Positions 36,216-44,444 of a DNA stretch of 64,000 nt are shown here, one piece after another (position 1 is the stretch's first letter; every line of letters starts with the position of its first letter). A program made the translations under genes and the position numbers. The stretch comes from a virus. Under the pieces are notes generated by a model. It saw only the letters and a program-made list of their open reading frames with translations. It was not told where the DNA came from and searched no databases. Where the stretch lies: IMG/VR virus record IMGVR_UViG_3300013131_000021. The stretch is one strand, 5' to 3'.

Positions 36216-36243
36216 AATAAACTGTGCATAGGAATTCCTAATA

Positions 36244-37257
36244 ATGAGAATCAACGAAATAATTTTTGAAAATACCTTGTCTGAAGGTCCTCTATTAAAC
36301 AAAGTAGGTGCTGGTATAGGCAAAGCAGTAGGAGGCACTGCCAAAGCTGTAGGAGCAGTAGCAGGTGGCGTTGCAGGAATTCCTGGAGCTATTGCCAAAG
36401 GTTTTAGAGCAGGCAAATCTACTGTAAGCGGTGCTGGAGACGAGCCTAAATCATCTGGAGGAGTCGGTGCAGGCATAGCCAAAGGGTTGGCAGGTGGCGG
36501 ATCAACTGCTGCTGGCAGTGATGCTGCGGGAGATCCGGGAGCAGAAACTGCTGCCAAGACTTTACAACAACAGGTAGATAAGCTCAGCCCAGAAACCAAA
36601 CAAGAATTATTAAAGACTTTACAGGCCAGCAGTGAAAAAGATCAAACAGCTGCAGCAAAGCCTGCTGCACAAAACCCAGATGCTGAGCCTGCTGCTAAAT
36701 CAAGTACCGCAGCAACACCGGCCACAGGAGCAGGTACAGCCACAGCAGGAACCACTGCTGCTGGTAAACCAAGGGTAGAACCAACTTTGGCAGCACCAGC
36801 TGCGGCCGCTGCATCAACTTCGGCTTCTGCACAGAAAACATCTCCTGCACAAGGTCAAGCATCTTCAGATCCTTATGAAATTATCAAAGGGCAGGTTAGA
36901 AAAGCTCAGGGAGGTACCAAACCAGTTCCTGACAATTTACTGCAGAGCATCAATACAGACATTGCTCGCATGGGTAAAGGCGACAAAGACATGGGCGCCA
37001 ATGTTGGACAGCGCATTCTTCAATTGGCCAAACAAGGATATGATGTTAAAAATGCACAGACACAGTTCATAGGTGCTTCGAAACAATTAACACAGAGTGT
37101 ATATCGTGCGATTTCTAACATGCTTAAAGAACACGGATTAGCATGGAGTGATTTAAACTTAAAAATCACACTGGTAGAAGGTGTCAGCGAATATGTGTTG
37201 ATATCTGAACTGAGACCATTAACAGAAAACAAAATCCAACTTTACAGAGTTAAATGA
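36244..37257 (+). CDS. Putative internal head/ejected protein, Ala/Gly-rich, 337 aa
   Basis: The MRINEIIFE..LSE N-terminus resembles the T4 capsid-targeting sequence. Has a glycine-zipper segment and sits behind a late promoter. Confidence 0.5.
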   Translation: MRINEIIFENTLSEGPLLNKVGAGIGKAVGGTAKAVGAVAGGVAGIPGAIAKGFRAGKSTVSGAGDEPKSSGGVGAGIAKGLAGGGSTAAGSDAAGDPGAETAAKTLQQQVDKLSPETKQELLKTLQASSEKDQTAAAKPAAQNPDAEPAAKSSTAATPATGAGTATAGTTAAGKPRVEPTLAAPAAAAASTSASAQKTSPAQGQASSDPYEIIKGQVRKAQGGTKPVPDNLLQSINTDIARMGKGDKDMGANVGQRILQLAKQGYDVKNAQTQFIGASKQLTQSVYRAISNMLKEHGLAWSDLNLKITLVEGVSEYVLISELRPLTENKIQLYRVK

Positions 37258-37721
37258 AAATCAGAGAACTGATAGTTGAAGCCCCGCTGGACAGTACTGG
37301 GTCTGTGGTAGGTAAGGGAGTCGGTCAAGGCGCCTATGGTGCAGGCTATGCGGCAGGCAAGATCGCCAGTAAGTTTGGATCTTCTCAAACACCTAACACA
37401 AATCAAGGACGATCAGCTAACGTACTGACAGCTATAGGCAGGGGTATTAAAAGTGGCACGATGAAATGGGCCACTGGCAAAGGCGATGACCTCTCTAAAG
37501 ATCAAAATGCTGATACTGTGCGCAGGATAATCAACAGGAAATCAGTGCCACAAGACGAACTGGATCAATTGATCAGCAGTTTCCCCAGCTTGAAACTAGG
37601 TTGGAAAGTAGATAGGAATGCCGCCACGTTGGCCTTGAACAAGTATAAGAAAGGTCAAGCTCTAGACGGCAATGATGTTAACAGTCTTAAACTAGTGTTA
37701 CAAGATCTAGAAGAAGCTTAA
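37254..37721 (+). CDS. Putative internal head protein, 155 aa
   Basis: MKIRELIVE N-terminus and a GKGVGQGAYGAGYAAG segment. ATGA overlap with the previous gene. Confidence 0.5.
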   Translation: MKIRELIVEAPLDSTGSVVGKGVGQGAYGAGYAAGKIASKFGSSQTPNTNQGRSANVLTAIGRGIKSGTMKWATGKGDDLSKDQNADTVRRIINRKSVPQDELDQLISSFPSLKLGWKVDRNAATLALNKYKKGQALDGNDVNSLKLVLQDLEEA

Positions 37722-37910
37722 ACCGGTTTTTTTGGTAGTTTCTAGATTGTCTTTGATTATTTCTGCTATGATAGCACGTTCTTCATGGCTGAGATGCATG
37801 ACTTCAGAATAGCTCATACCTCGCATGTACCAACAGACCCGTAAGGCTTCCTTTTTAATCTCTCGTGCCTCTTTGTCAAGTTTATCCGCTTCCTGTAAGA
37901 TCTCCGGCAA
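37707..37910 (-). CDS. Tail/baseplate assembly chaperone, distal part (gp51/lambda-T-like), probably expressed by -1 frameshift
   Basis: CWYMRGMSYSEVMHLSHEER pattern of T-type chaperones. Only a TTG start and no SD. The frame is open back through the slippery site at 37934-37943. Confidence 0.65.
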   Translation of the reverse strand: MPEILQEADKLDKEAREIKKEALRVCWYMRGMSYSEVMHLSHEERAIIAEIIKDNLETTKKTGLSFF

Positions 37911-37918
37911 CGAGAGTC

Positions 37919-38788
37919 TTAAGATCTTACTGCGAAAAAATTTGACTGATCCATGGTAATGTTGATTTCGTATTCGTGCTGACAGTCGTTGCAGGCAACT
38001 TTCTGTGTTTTTAACTCAATCTTGTTTTTCATTTCCATTACATGGTCGTTGATCTTGTTGAAGATTTCACTGGTGGAATTATTGATAAATTCTTCAATCA
38101 TGGTTCGATCATCAACCACACCATCTGGAGTTTCGATGCTGTGTATGCAGCCACAGACGATGTCCACTGTGAGTTCTGTCAACTTTAAAAAGCTTTGACC
38201 AAATCTTTCAATCTTTTCTTCTTCAGGCAGTGTTTCATCAGTTACAGTGGCGAATATTCGCTGTTGTTCTAAAGCTCTGATAGCAGCTTTGGTGCTTTCT
38301 TTGTAGTTGTAAGGTCTGATATTAACTTTCAACGGAGGCATGTCGATCTGAGCTTGATATTTAAAATTCTGTACTTGATTTAGATATATCACGATGTCAA
38401 ATACATAGTCATTGAGATGCTCGCAGGAAGGACAGTTAGCACTGACTTCCATGTCTTTGCCATAGGTTGCTACTCGTATGGCCATTAATGCTGCGTCAAG
38501 ATCGATGCTGGGCATCTGCCATGGATCTTTGATAGCAGGAATACAGCTCTTGATCAATTCCACAGTGGCTTGACCATTTAACAGTGCGTCCGGAGTTTTA
38601 AGAATCAGCTCGTCTTTGGCAGTCATAGCATAGACAGGATATTCTCCGGTGCTGCTGAGATCCAATGCGCCTGGCGGATAAAATTCACCTTGAGAAGGCA
38701 ATTTTAAAAATATCTTGGGTTGCCTAAAATAATTTGATAAAGGGTTGATCTTAGGTCTATTAACTGCGCTGTCTTGCAAATCTGACAT
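37919..38788 (-). CDS. gp26: Baseplate hub/tail assembly chaperone gp26-like, 289 aa
   Basis: NPLSNYFRQPKIFLKLPSQG...YAMTAKDELILKTPDALLNG...DLDAALMAIRVATYG; CPSC and CNDC zinc pairs. Start reassigned to ATG 38788, behind a GGAG SD. Confidence 0.75.
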   Translation of the reverse strand: MSDLQDSAVNRPKINPLSNYFRQPKIFLKLPSQGEFYPPGALDLSSTGEYPVYAMTAKDELILKTPDALLNGQATVELIKSCIPAIKDPWQMPSIDLDAALMAIRVATYGKDMEVSANCPSCEHLNDYVFDIVIYLNQVQNFKYQAQIDMPPLKVNIRPYNYKESTKAAIRALEQQRIFATVTDETLPEEEKIERFGQSFLKLTELTVDIVCGCIHSIETPDGVVDDRTMIEEFINNSTSEIFNKINDHVMEMKNKIELKTQKVACNDCQHEYEINITMDQSNFFAVRS

Positions 38789-38799
38789 TATTTGTCTCC

Positions 38800-38827
38800 G
38801 ATAAATATTAATACGTAGATATTTATA
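38800..38827. promoter_or_regulatory. Face-to-face late promoters: GATAAATA (+, 38800-07) and TATAAATA (-, 38820-27)
   Basis: Both lie in the 64-bp gap between the divergent chaperone and tape-measure genes. The minus-strand copy is a perfect T4 consensus. Confidence 0.7.
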
Positions 38828-38852
38828 TGCGTATTTTTCTGGAAAAATTAAT

Positions 38853-41789
38853 ATGGCAGAAGTCACAGGCGATATTGGCGGTCAATCGGTAGAACTTAAC
38901 AACGCAGCTACAGAAGCAACTTTAAAACAACTGTTGCAGACTACCATAGCTATGGCCCAAAAAATGGGCGTAGATGTTAAGAAACAGGCCGATATGGAAA
39001 AAGAAATGAAAAAATTCTTTGACCAGCTCGACAAATCAAACAAAGGACTCAAAGACTCTAGAAAACTGCGAGAAGATGAAGCCAAGGCTCTGGAAAAAGC
39101 TGCCGCTGCTAAAAAACGTGAACAGGAACTGGCACAAAAAGCTGAAATGGTCACTGTGGGATTGTACAGAGGCCTAAATGTAGCTGCTGAAAGTGCTATG
39201 GCATTCGCCAACAAGCTCACAGGTGTTATGAGCAGTTTTGCCAACATGGGCAGCAGTCTCACAGGTGCAGCATCCACTTTTAACAACATACCTATAATTG
39301 GAGGAATGTTGGCCAATGTGTTTGGAGCAGTGGCGACATCGTCGGAAAAATTACAAGCCAGTTTTAAAACAGCCAGTTCTGTTGGTGCTACATTTGGAGG
39401 CAGCATTAGACAAATGGTGGCCAATGCCAGCCAGGCCGGATTGACTTTTGAACAGTTTTCTAATGTGATCAGAAACAACAGCGAAGATTTGGCTAGACTC
39501 GGAGGAACGACCACAGAAGGTGCTAAACGGTTAGCAGGTCTGTCAAAATCTCTGAAACAAACAGGATTACAAGATGATCTAGCACGACTTGGATTTACGT
39601 CTGAAGACATAGCTAACGGCATGGCTTCTGTGACTGGTAGACTTTATAGAGGCATAGGAGTAAGAGCTGGTCAGGAAGGAGAAGCTGCCAAAGTCGGTGC
39701 TAACTATCTTAAAAATTTAACAGCCATCTCAGCTATCACAGGTAAGAACAGAGAAGAGATGGAAAAAGAAGCTGCGCAGAGAATGTCAGATTCCAAGTAC
39801 CGTGCTATGTTTGCCAAGTTAGATTCAAAAAGCAGAGCTGAGATGGAACTGTTAATGGACAGTTTACCTCCTGGACTGCAAAAAGGAGTGAGAGAAATCA
39901 TCGCTACTGGCACTGCGCAAAGCGATGAAGCTCAGGCAGTGATGTACATGTATGGCGATATTGCACAATCGGCAATGGGCATGCATCAATCCATAAGAAG
40001 AACTAATCAAGTAACTCAAGAACAGAGATTGGCATTTGATGATACACTAAGAGCCACAGCTAAAGCACAAGACAAAGCACTCAAAGCAGGTACGGGAGCT
40101 ATTACCACCCAGATGACATATGTGGGGGGCGTGGCAGGCGATCTAGGTGTGGAAATGCAAAACGTTGCAGAACAGTCAGGCAACGTAAGACAATCTCAAG
40201 AAAAGCTTAACAAAGACCTCAAAGATGGTGCAGAAGCAGCCAAAGAACACAAAGACAGTCTCGATCCTGCACAGATAGTTAGAATGCAACAGGAAATAGC
40301 CAAGACATCTAACGAGTTCAATATTTTATTAGCACAATATCTTCCAAAATTACAAGAAGCATTTACAATGTTAGCTAACTTTGTAAAGGAGTATTTGGTA
40401 CCAGCATTTGATTTCTTTATGAAATATCTAAAAGAAGCAGTTATAGTAATTGGAGGTTTGATAGTTGTACTGACAGCGATTAAAAAAGTAGCAGAAGCTA
40501 TTCAAGCATATAAAACATTTAAAGAATTAGGTAAGGAAAGAGGATCTCCCGTTAATCCTATGTACACCATAGATGCCGGCAAAGGAGGAGGACCTGCAAC
40601 TCCCGAAAGTCCAGAAGATCGTAGAAAACGTAGAGAAGGACAAAGAGACAAATTAAAAAGTGCTAAAACTGCCGGTCGCCTTGTGAAAGGAGTAGCAGGA
40701 TTAGGTGCTGTCGTATCGGCAGGTATGCTATACAGCGATATCTCAGACATCAACGAACGAGAACAAGCAGGAGATATTTCAGCAGAACAGGCAAAGATGG
40801 AAAAAGGTGGTGCCGTGGGTAGCGCAGCAGGTGGTACTGGTGGAGCTGTTGGCGGAGCTATAGCCGGAGCAGCGATCGGTTCGGTGGTTCCGGTAATAGG
40901 AACAGCTATCGGAGGAGTCATCGGGGCCGCGTTAGGTGGATGGATAGGCAGCAACTTAGGGGAACAGCTAGGAACAGCAGTGGCTAAACCTACAATGACT
41001 CCAGAATGGATGAAGGTTAATGGACCTAACATCAAAGCATGGGCTGATGCTGTGGCAAAAGGTGCATATAAATTTGAACAAGTTCCTGACATTTATAAAG
41101 GACACGTAAAAGATCTCTTAGATAAAAGAGGCAGCGGCGGAGCTACTCCACCGGTTTCAGCAACAGCAGGTAGTCCTAAATTAAATGAATCAGTACCAGC
41201 AGCACCCGCTAAAAAGGAAGAAGCCAAACCTGCTAAGGATGCCAAGGCCGCTGACAAAAGCGCCGCTCCTAAAAAGGACGATAAAAAAGCCGAAGATCCT
41301 AGAATTAACTTTAATACCAATGCAGAAAGCTTATTAACATCATTTGCTGAAAAAGAAGGCACTCTAGGTGAAATTAAGACTTATAAAAAAGAAGAACTTG
41401 ACAAACTAAATCGAGAATTACAAAAATCAAATAATAAAACAGATACATCATCAAGCAGTGGTCAGATTAAATCACCAACGAATCAAAAAATCGATGACAG
41501 CAAACAAAAAATGGTAAATGAGATGCTGAAAGAAGGTGATGCTAATGCTCAAAAATTAAAAGAGGCGGAATCTGAACGCGACAAAGCAATGAGAAAAGCA
41601 TTAGAAGAGGATACACTACTACCAGGACAGATTTCGCCAAGCAGTCAAATATCTTCATTAGACCTACTTGCTGAATTAAATAGTAATATGTCCCAATTAG
41701 TGAAGATCAGCAAAGAACAAAAAGATATAAATGAACGCCAACTCAATGCTACAAGAGGGTTGACCAATGATTTGTTTGCATCAGTTTAA
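38853..41789 (+). CDS. Tape measure-like protein, 978 aa
   Basis: Long alpha-helical A/Q/E/K-rich sequence with a glycine-zipper hydrophobic segment. Adjacent to the tail chaperones. Confidence 0.7.
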   Translation: MAEVTGDIGGQSVELNNAATEATLKQLLQTTIAMAQKMGVDVKKQADMEKEMKKFFDQLDKSNKGLKDSRKLREDEAKALEKAAAAKKREQELAQKAEMVTVGLYRGLNVAAESAMAFANKLTGVMSSFANMGSSLTGAASTFNNIPIIGGMLANVFGAVATSSEKLQASFKTASSVGATFGGSIRQMVANASQAGLTFEQFSNVIRNNSEDLARLGGTTTEGAKRLAGLSKSLKQTGLQDDLARLGFTSEDIANGMASVTGRLYRGIGVRAGQEGEAAKVGANYLKNLTAISAITGKNREEMEKEAAQRMSDSKYRAMFAKLDSKSRAEMELLMDSLPPGLQKGVREIIATGTAQSDEAQAVMYMYGDIAQSAMGMHQSIRRTNQVTQEQRLAFDDTLRATAKAQDKALKAGTGAITTQMTYVGGVAGDLGVEMQNVAEQSGNVRQSQEKLNKDLKDGAEAAKEHKDSLDPAQIVRMQQEIAKTSNEFNILLAQYLPKLQEAFTMLANFVKEYLVPAFDFFMKYLKEAVIVIGGLIVVLTAIKKVAEAIQAYKTFKELGKERGSPVNPMYTIDAGKGGGPATPESPEDRRKRREGQRDKLKSAKTAGRLVKGVAGLGAVVSAGMLYSDISDINEREQAGDISAEQAKMEKGGAVGSAAGGTGGAVGGAIAGAAIGSVVPVIGTAIGGVIGAALGGWIGSNLGEQLGTAVAKPTMTPEWMKVNGPNIKAWADAVAKGAYKFEQVPDIYKGHVKDLLDKRGSGGATPPVSATAGSPKLNESVPAAPAKKEEAKPAKDAKAADKSAAPKKDDKKAEDPRINFNTNAESLLTSFAEKEGTLGEIKTYKKEELDKLNRELQKSNNKTDTSSSSGQIKSPTNQKIDDSKQKMVNEMLKEGDANAQKLKEAESERDKAMRKALEEDTLLPGQISPSSQISSLDLLAELNSNMSQLVKISKEQKDINERQLNATRGLTNDLFASV

Positions 41790-41798
41790 GGACCTAAT

Positions 41799-43505
41799 AT
41801 GAGTTGGAAGAAATACTTTACACCTGTTAAGATAGATAACTCTGGAGGAAATCTCAGCCCTATAAGTGGCCGTGGCCGCCCAGGACCAGCTCGTTCAAAT
41901 TATTCATCTTTTTTACCCGATGTATATGCAGGTGCACCAAATCGTGTTGAGCGTTATATGCAATACGATACTATGGATATGGACAGCGAAGTTAATGCTG
42001 CATTAGATATACTAGCTGAATTCTGCACACAGAAAGACAAAGAAAACGCTACTCCTTTTACTACTTTTTTCAAAGGACAACCGACTGCTACTGAAGTTAA
42101 ATTGTTAAAAGATTCTTTGCAAAAATGGTGCAAAGAACAGCAATTTGAAACTAGAATATTTAGAATATTTAGAAATTCTATGAAGTACGGCGACTGTTTC
42201 TTTGTAAGAGATCCTGAAACTAAAAAATGGTTATTTGTCGACGCTGCCAAAGTTTCAAAAATCATAGTTAACGAAAGTGAAGGTAAAATTCCGGAGCAAT
42301 ATGTTATTCGTGATATTAATTTTAATTTCAAAGAGATGATAGCAGTTACTCCGCACGGCACGACAAATACGGCACCTAGCGGAACTAGTTCATATACTTC
42401 AGGTGGCGGATTTGGAAGAGGCATGGTAGGTACAGCTGCCCAACCTCCAGGAACGAGATTTCAAAATCAGGCAAACGAAATATCCATAGATGCAAAAAAT
42501 GTTGTACACATTAGTTTAAGTGAAGGTCTAGATAACAACTATCCTTTTGGAAATTCAATTCTAGAATCCGTGTTCAAAGTCTACAAGCAGAAAGAACTGC
42601 TTGAAGATGCTATCATTATCTATCGTATACAACGTGCTCCTGAGAGACGTATTTTTTATGTAGACGTGGGAAATATGCCAGCACACATGGCTATGAGTTT
42701 TGTTGAACGTGTTAAAAACGAAATCCAACAGCGTCGTATTCCTTCATCAACAGGTGGCGGACAAAATGTCATAGACGCCAGTTATAATCCATTAAGTGTA
42801 AACGAAGATTACTTTTTCCCACAGACAGCAGAAGGTCGTGGATCTAAAGTTGAAACATTACCGGGTGGTACTAATCTAGGTGAAATTACAGATTTACGTT
42901 ATTTCACTAATAAGTTATTTCGTGCTCTACGTATACCAGCCAGCTATTTGCCTACAGCCATTGATGAGCAACCAAATACTATATCAGATGGAAAAGTTGG
43001 AACAGCTTATATTCAAGAACTGAGATTCAATGAGTATTGCAAACGATTGCAGAGCATGATTGTAGAAACATTTGATTTAGAATTTAAGTTATGGCTTACA
43101 CATCAAGGAATAAGTATAGATTCAAGTTTGTTTGAATTAAAATTTAATTCTCCCCAAAATTTCGCAGCATATAGGCAATCTGAATTAGATACAGCACGAG
43201 CAGCTACTTTCAGTCAAGTCGTGCAAATTCCACATCTAAGCAAACGTTTTGCTATGAAACGATTCCTAGGAATGTCAGAAGAAGAAATCAAAGAAAATGA
43301 AAGATTATGGAGAGAAGAAAATGGATCTAATCTCAAACCAGATGCAGATTCGCAGAGTCAATTAAGGAGCATAGGAATAACACCGGGTACCATGGCTGCT
43401 GATATGTCAGCACAAACAGCAGAAGCACCTCCGGAGATGGCAGCAGCGGCCGAACCAGGAGCAGCAGGTGCTGAAACAGCAGCAGAACAAACTCCAACTC
43501 AATAA
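41799..43505 (+). CDS. gp20: Portal protein
   Basis: QKELLEDAIIIYRIQRAPERRIFYVDVGNMP, EDYFFPQTAEGRGSKVETLPGG and DLRYFTNKLFRALRIP are T4 gp20 motifs. Confidence 0.95.
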   Translation: MSWKKYFTPVKIDNSGGNLSPISGRGRPGPARSNYSSFLPDVYAGAPNRVERYMQYDTMDMDSEVNAALDILAEFCTQKDKENATPFTTFFKGQPTATEVKLLKDSLQKWCKEQQFETRIFRIFRNSMKYGDCFFVRDPETKKWLFVDAAKVSKIIVNESEGKIPEQYVIRDINFNFKEMIAVTPHGTTNTAPSGTSSYTSGGGFGRGMVGTAAQPPGTRFQNQANEISIDAKNVVHISLSEGLDNNYPFGNSILESVFKVYKQKELLEDAIIIYRIQRAPERRIFYVDVGNMPAHMAMSFVERVKNEIQQRRIPSSTGGGQNVIDASYNPLSVNEDYFFPQTAEGRGSKVETLPGGTNLGEITDLRYFTNKLFRALRIPASYLPTAIDEQPNTISDGKVGTAYIQELRFNEYCKRLQSMIVETFDLEFKLWLTHQGISIDSSLFELKFNSPQNFAAYRQSELDTARAATFSQVVQIPHLSKRFAMKRFLGMSEEEIKENERLWREENGSNLKPDADSQSQLRSIGITPGTMAADMSAQTAEAPPEMAAAAEPGAAGAETAAEQTPTQ

Positions 43506-43511
43506 TAAATA
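43505..43511 (+). promoter_or_regulatory. Late promoter ATAAATA
   Basis: 4 nt before ATG 43516, with no SD. Confidence 0.55.
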
Positions 43512-43515
43512 AAGT

Positions 43516-43767
43516 ATGCTTCTAAACGAATTTTTTTATTTTAACGAAAAAAATAATGATTTTGCTAACGATCGTAGATACGATTCTAGCAAAGATAGTT
43601 CTATCGTTAAAAAAACTGATACTAGAAAAATGCGTTTAACACTTGGACAGATCAATCAACTTAGATTACAAGCAGAAGCCCATCAATTAGAAACAGAATC
43701 TGAGCTGGGGTTTATAAGACAAATGTATGGAACTCCAGTTGGTGAAGAAGCAGCATCTACAGAATAA
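43516..43767 (+). CDS. Small head-module protein, 83 aa
   Basis: Lies between portal and prohead core. Has an MLLNEFF N-terminus and a DTRKMRLTLGQINQLR motif. Confidence 0.65.
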   Translation: MLLNEFFYFNEKNNDFANDRRYDSSKDSSIVKKTDTRKMRLTLGQINQLRLQAEAHQLETESELGFIRQMYGTPVGEEAASTE

Positions 43768-44383
43768 TCCGGGCTTTGTATTAGGCAACGGAATCAGTCG
43801 ACTTAAAGTCGATCCGCAATCTCTACTAACCAAAGGTATTGTATATGGTTGCAATGCTCAATATAGAGAATATAATCCTCATTATCTCGTAGCAGTTGAC
43901 GTAAAAATGGTCAACGAAATAATAGAATCGGGCTATCATAAAAAACATCAAGTTTGGACTAACCCTAACAAAGGAATTAAAACCAAAAACGGTATTAATT
44001 TCTTTAGTCCGCACAAAGGTTGGAGCTCCGGACCTACGGCTTTATGGTATGCTGCCACACAAGGACACGGTAGTATATACATTTTTGGGTTTGATTATCA
44101 GGGATTAAACGGTAAATTTAACAATGTCTATGCAGACACATTTAACTATAAAAAGTCTACAGATTCAGCTACATACTATGGAAATTGGCTCAGCCAAACT
44201 GAAAAAGTAATCAGAGAATATAGGCACATAAGATTCTTTAGAATAGTAGAACCAGGATCATTTATACCCGATAAATTAGGTCCAAATCTAACCAACCTCA
44301 GTCATATAAACTTTGATGAATTTGAAAACATTTATCAAGGAACTATATATTCAAATCAAAACGATCAAAAAACTACCATTTAA
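43727..44383 (+). CDS. Maf/CstII-like (DUF115-type) glycosyltransferase-fold protein, ~218 aa
   Basis: FVLGNGISR...YGCNA...LVAVD, then WSSGPTALWYAA...IYIFGFD. The start could be ATG 43727 or GTG 43742. Confidence 0.6.
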   Translation: MELQLVKKQHLQNNPGFVLGNGISRLKVDPQSLLTKGIVYGCNAQYREYNPHYLVAVDVKMVNEIIESGYHKKHQVWTNPNKGIKTKNGINFFSPHKGWSSGPTALWYAATQGHGSIYIFGFDYQGLNGKFNNVYADTFNYKKSTDSATYYGNWLSQTEKVIREYRHIRFFRIVEPGSFIPDKLGPNLTNLSHINFDEFENIYQGTIYSNQNDQKTTI

Positions 44384-44405
44384 AGTGTTTTTTAAATCTG
44401 CGTAT

Positions 44406-44411
44406 TAAATA
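44406..44411 (+). promoter_or_regulatory. Late promoter core TAAATA for the core/protease/scaffold/capsid operon
   Basis: Intergenic. AAGGAG SD at 44431-36 and ATG at 44445. Confidence 0.5.
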
Positions 44412-44444
44412 AAGCACAGCCTTGACAATTAAGGAGAATCTAAC

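Noticed and set aside
37707-37735. 15-bp overlap of convergent genes with an aaaccggttt palindrome as a terminator
   Set aside because: The stem is very short and lies within coding sequence; not enough support.
38789-38866. Longer ORF-track start for the gp26-like gene (and likewise 31360 for gp55, 48274 for the 89-aa gene)
   Set aside because: The extensions run through promoter or terminator DNA. Downstream ATGs have SDs or promoter-adjacent positions.
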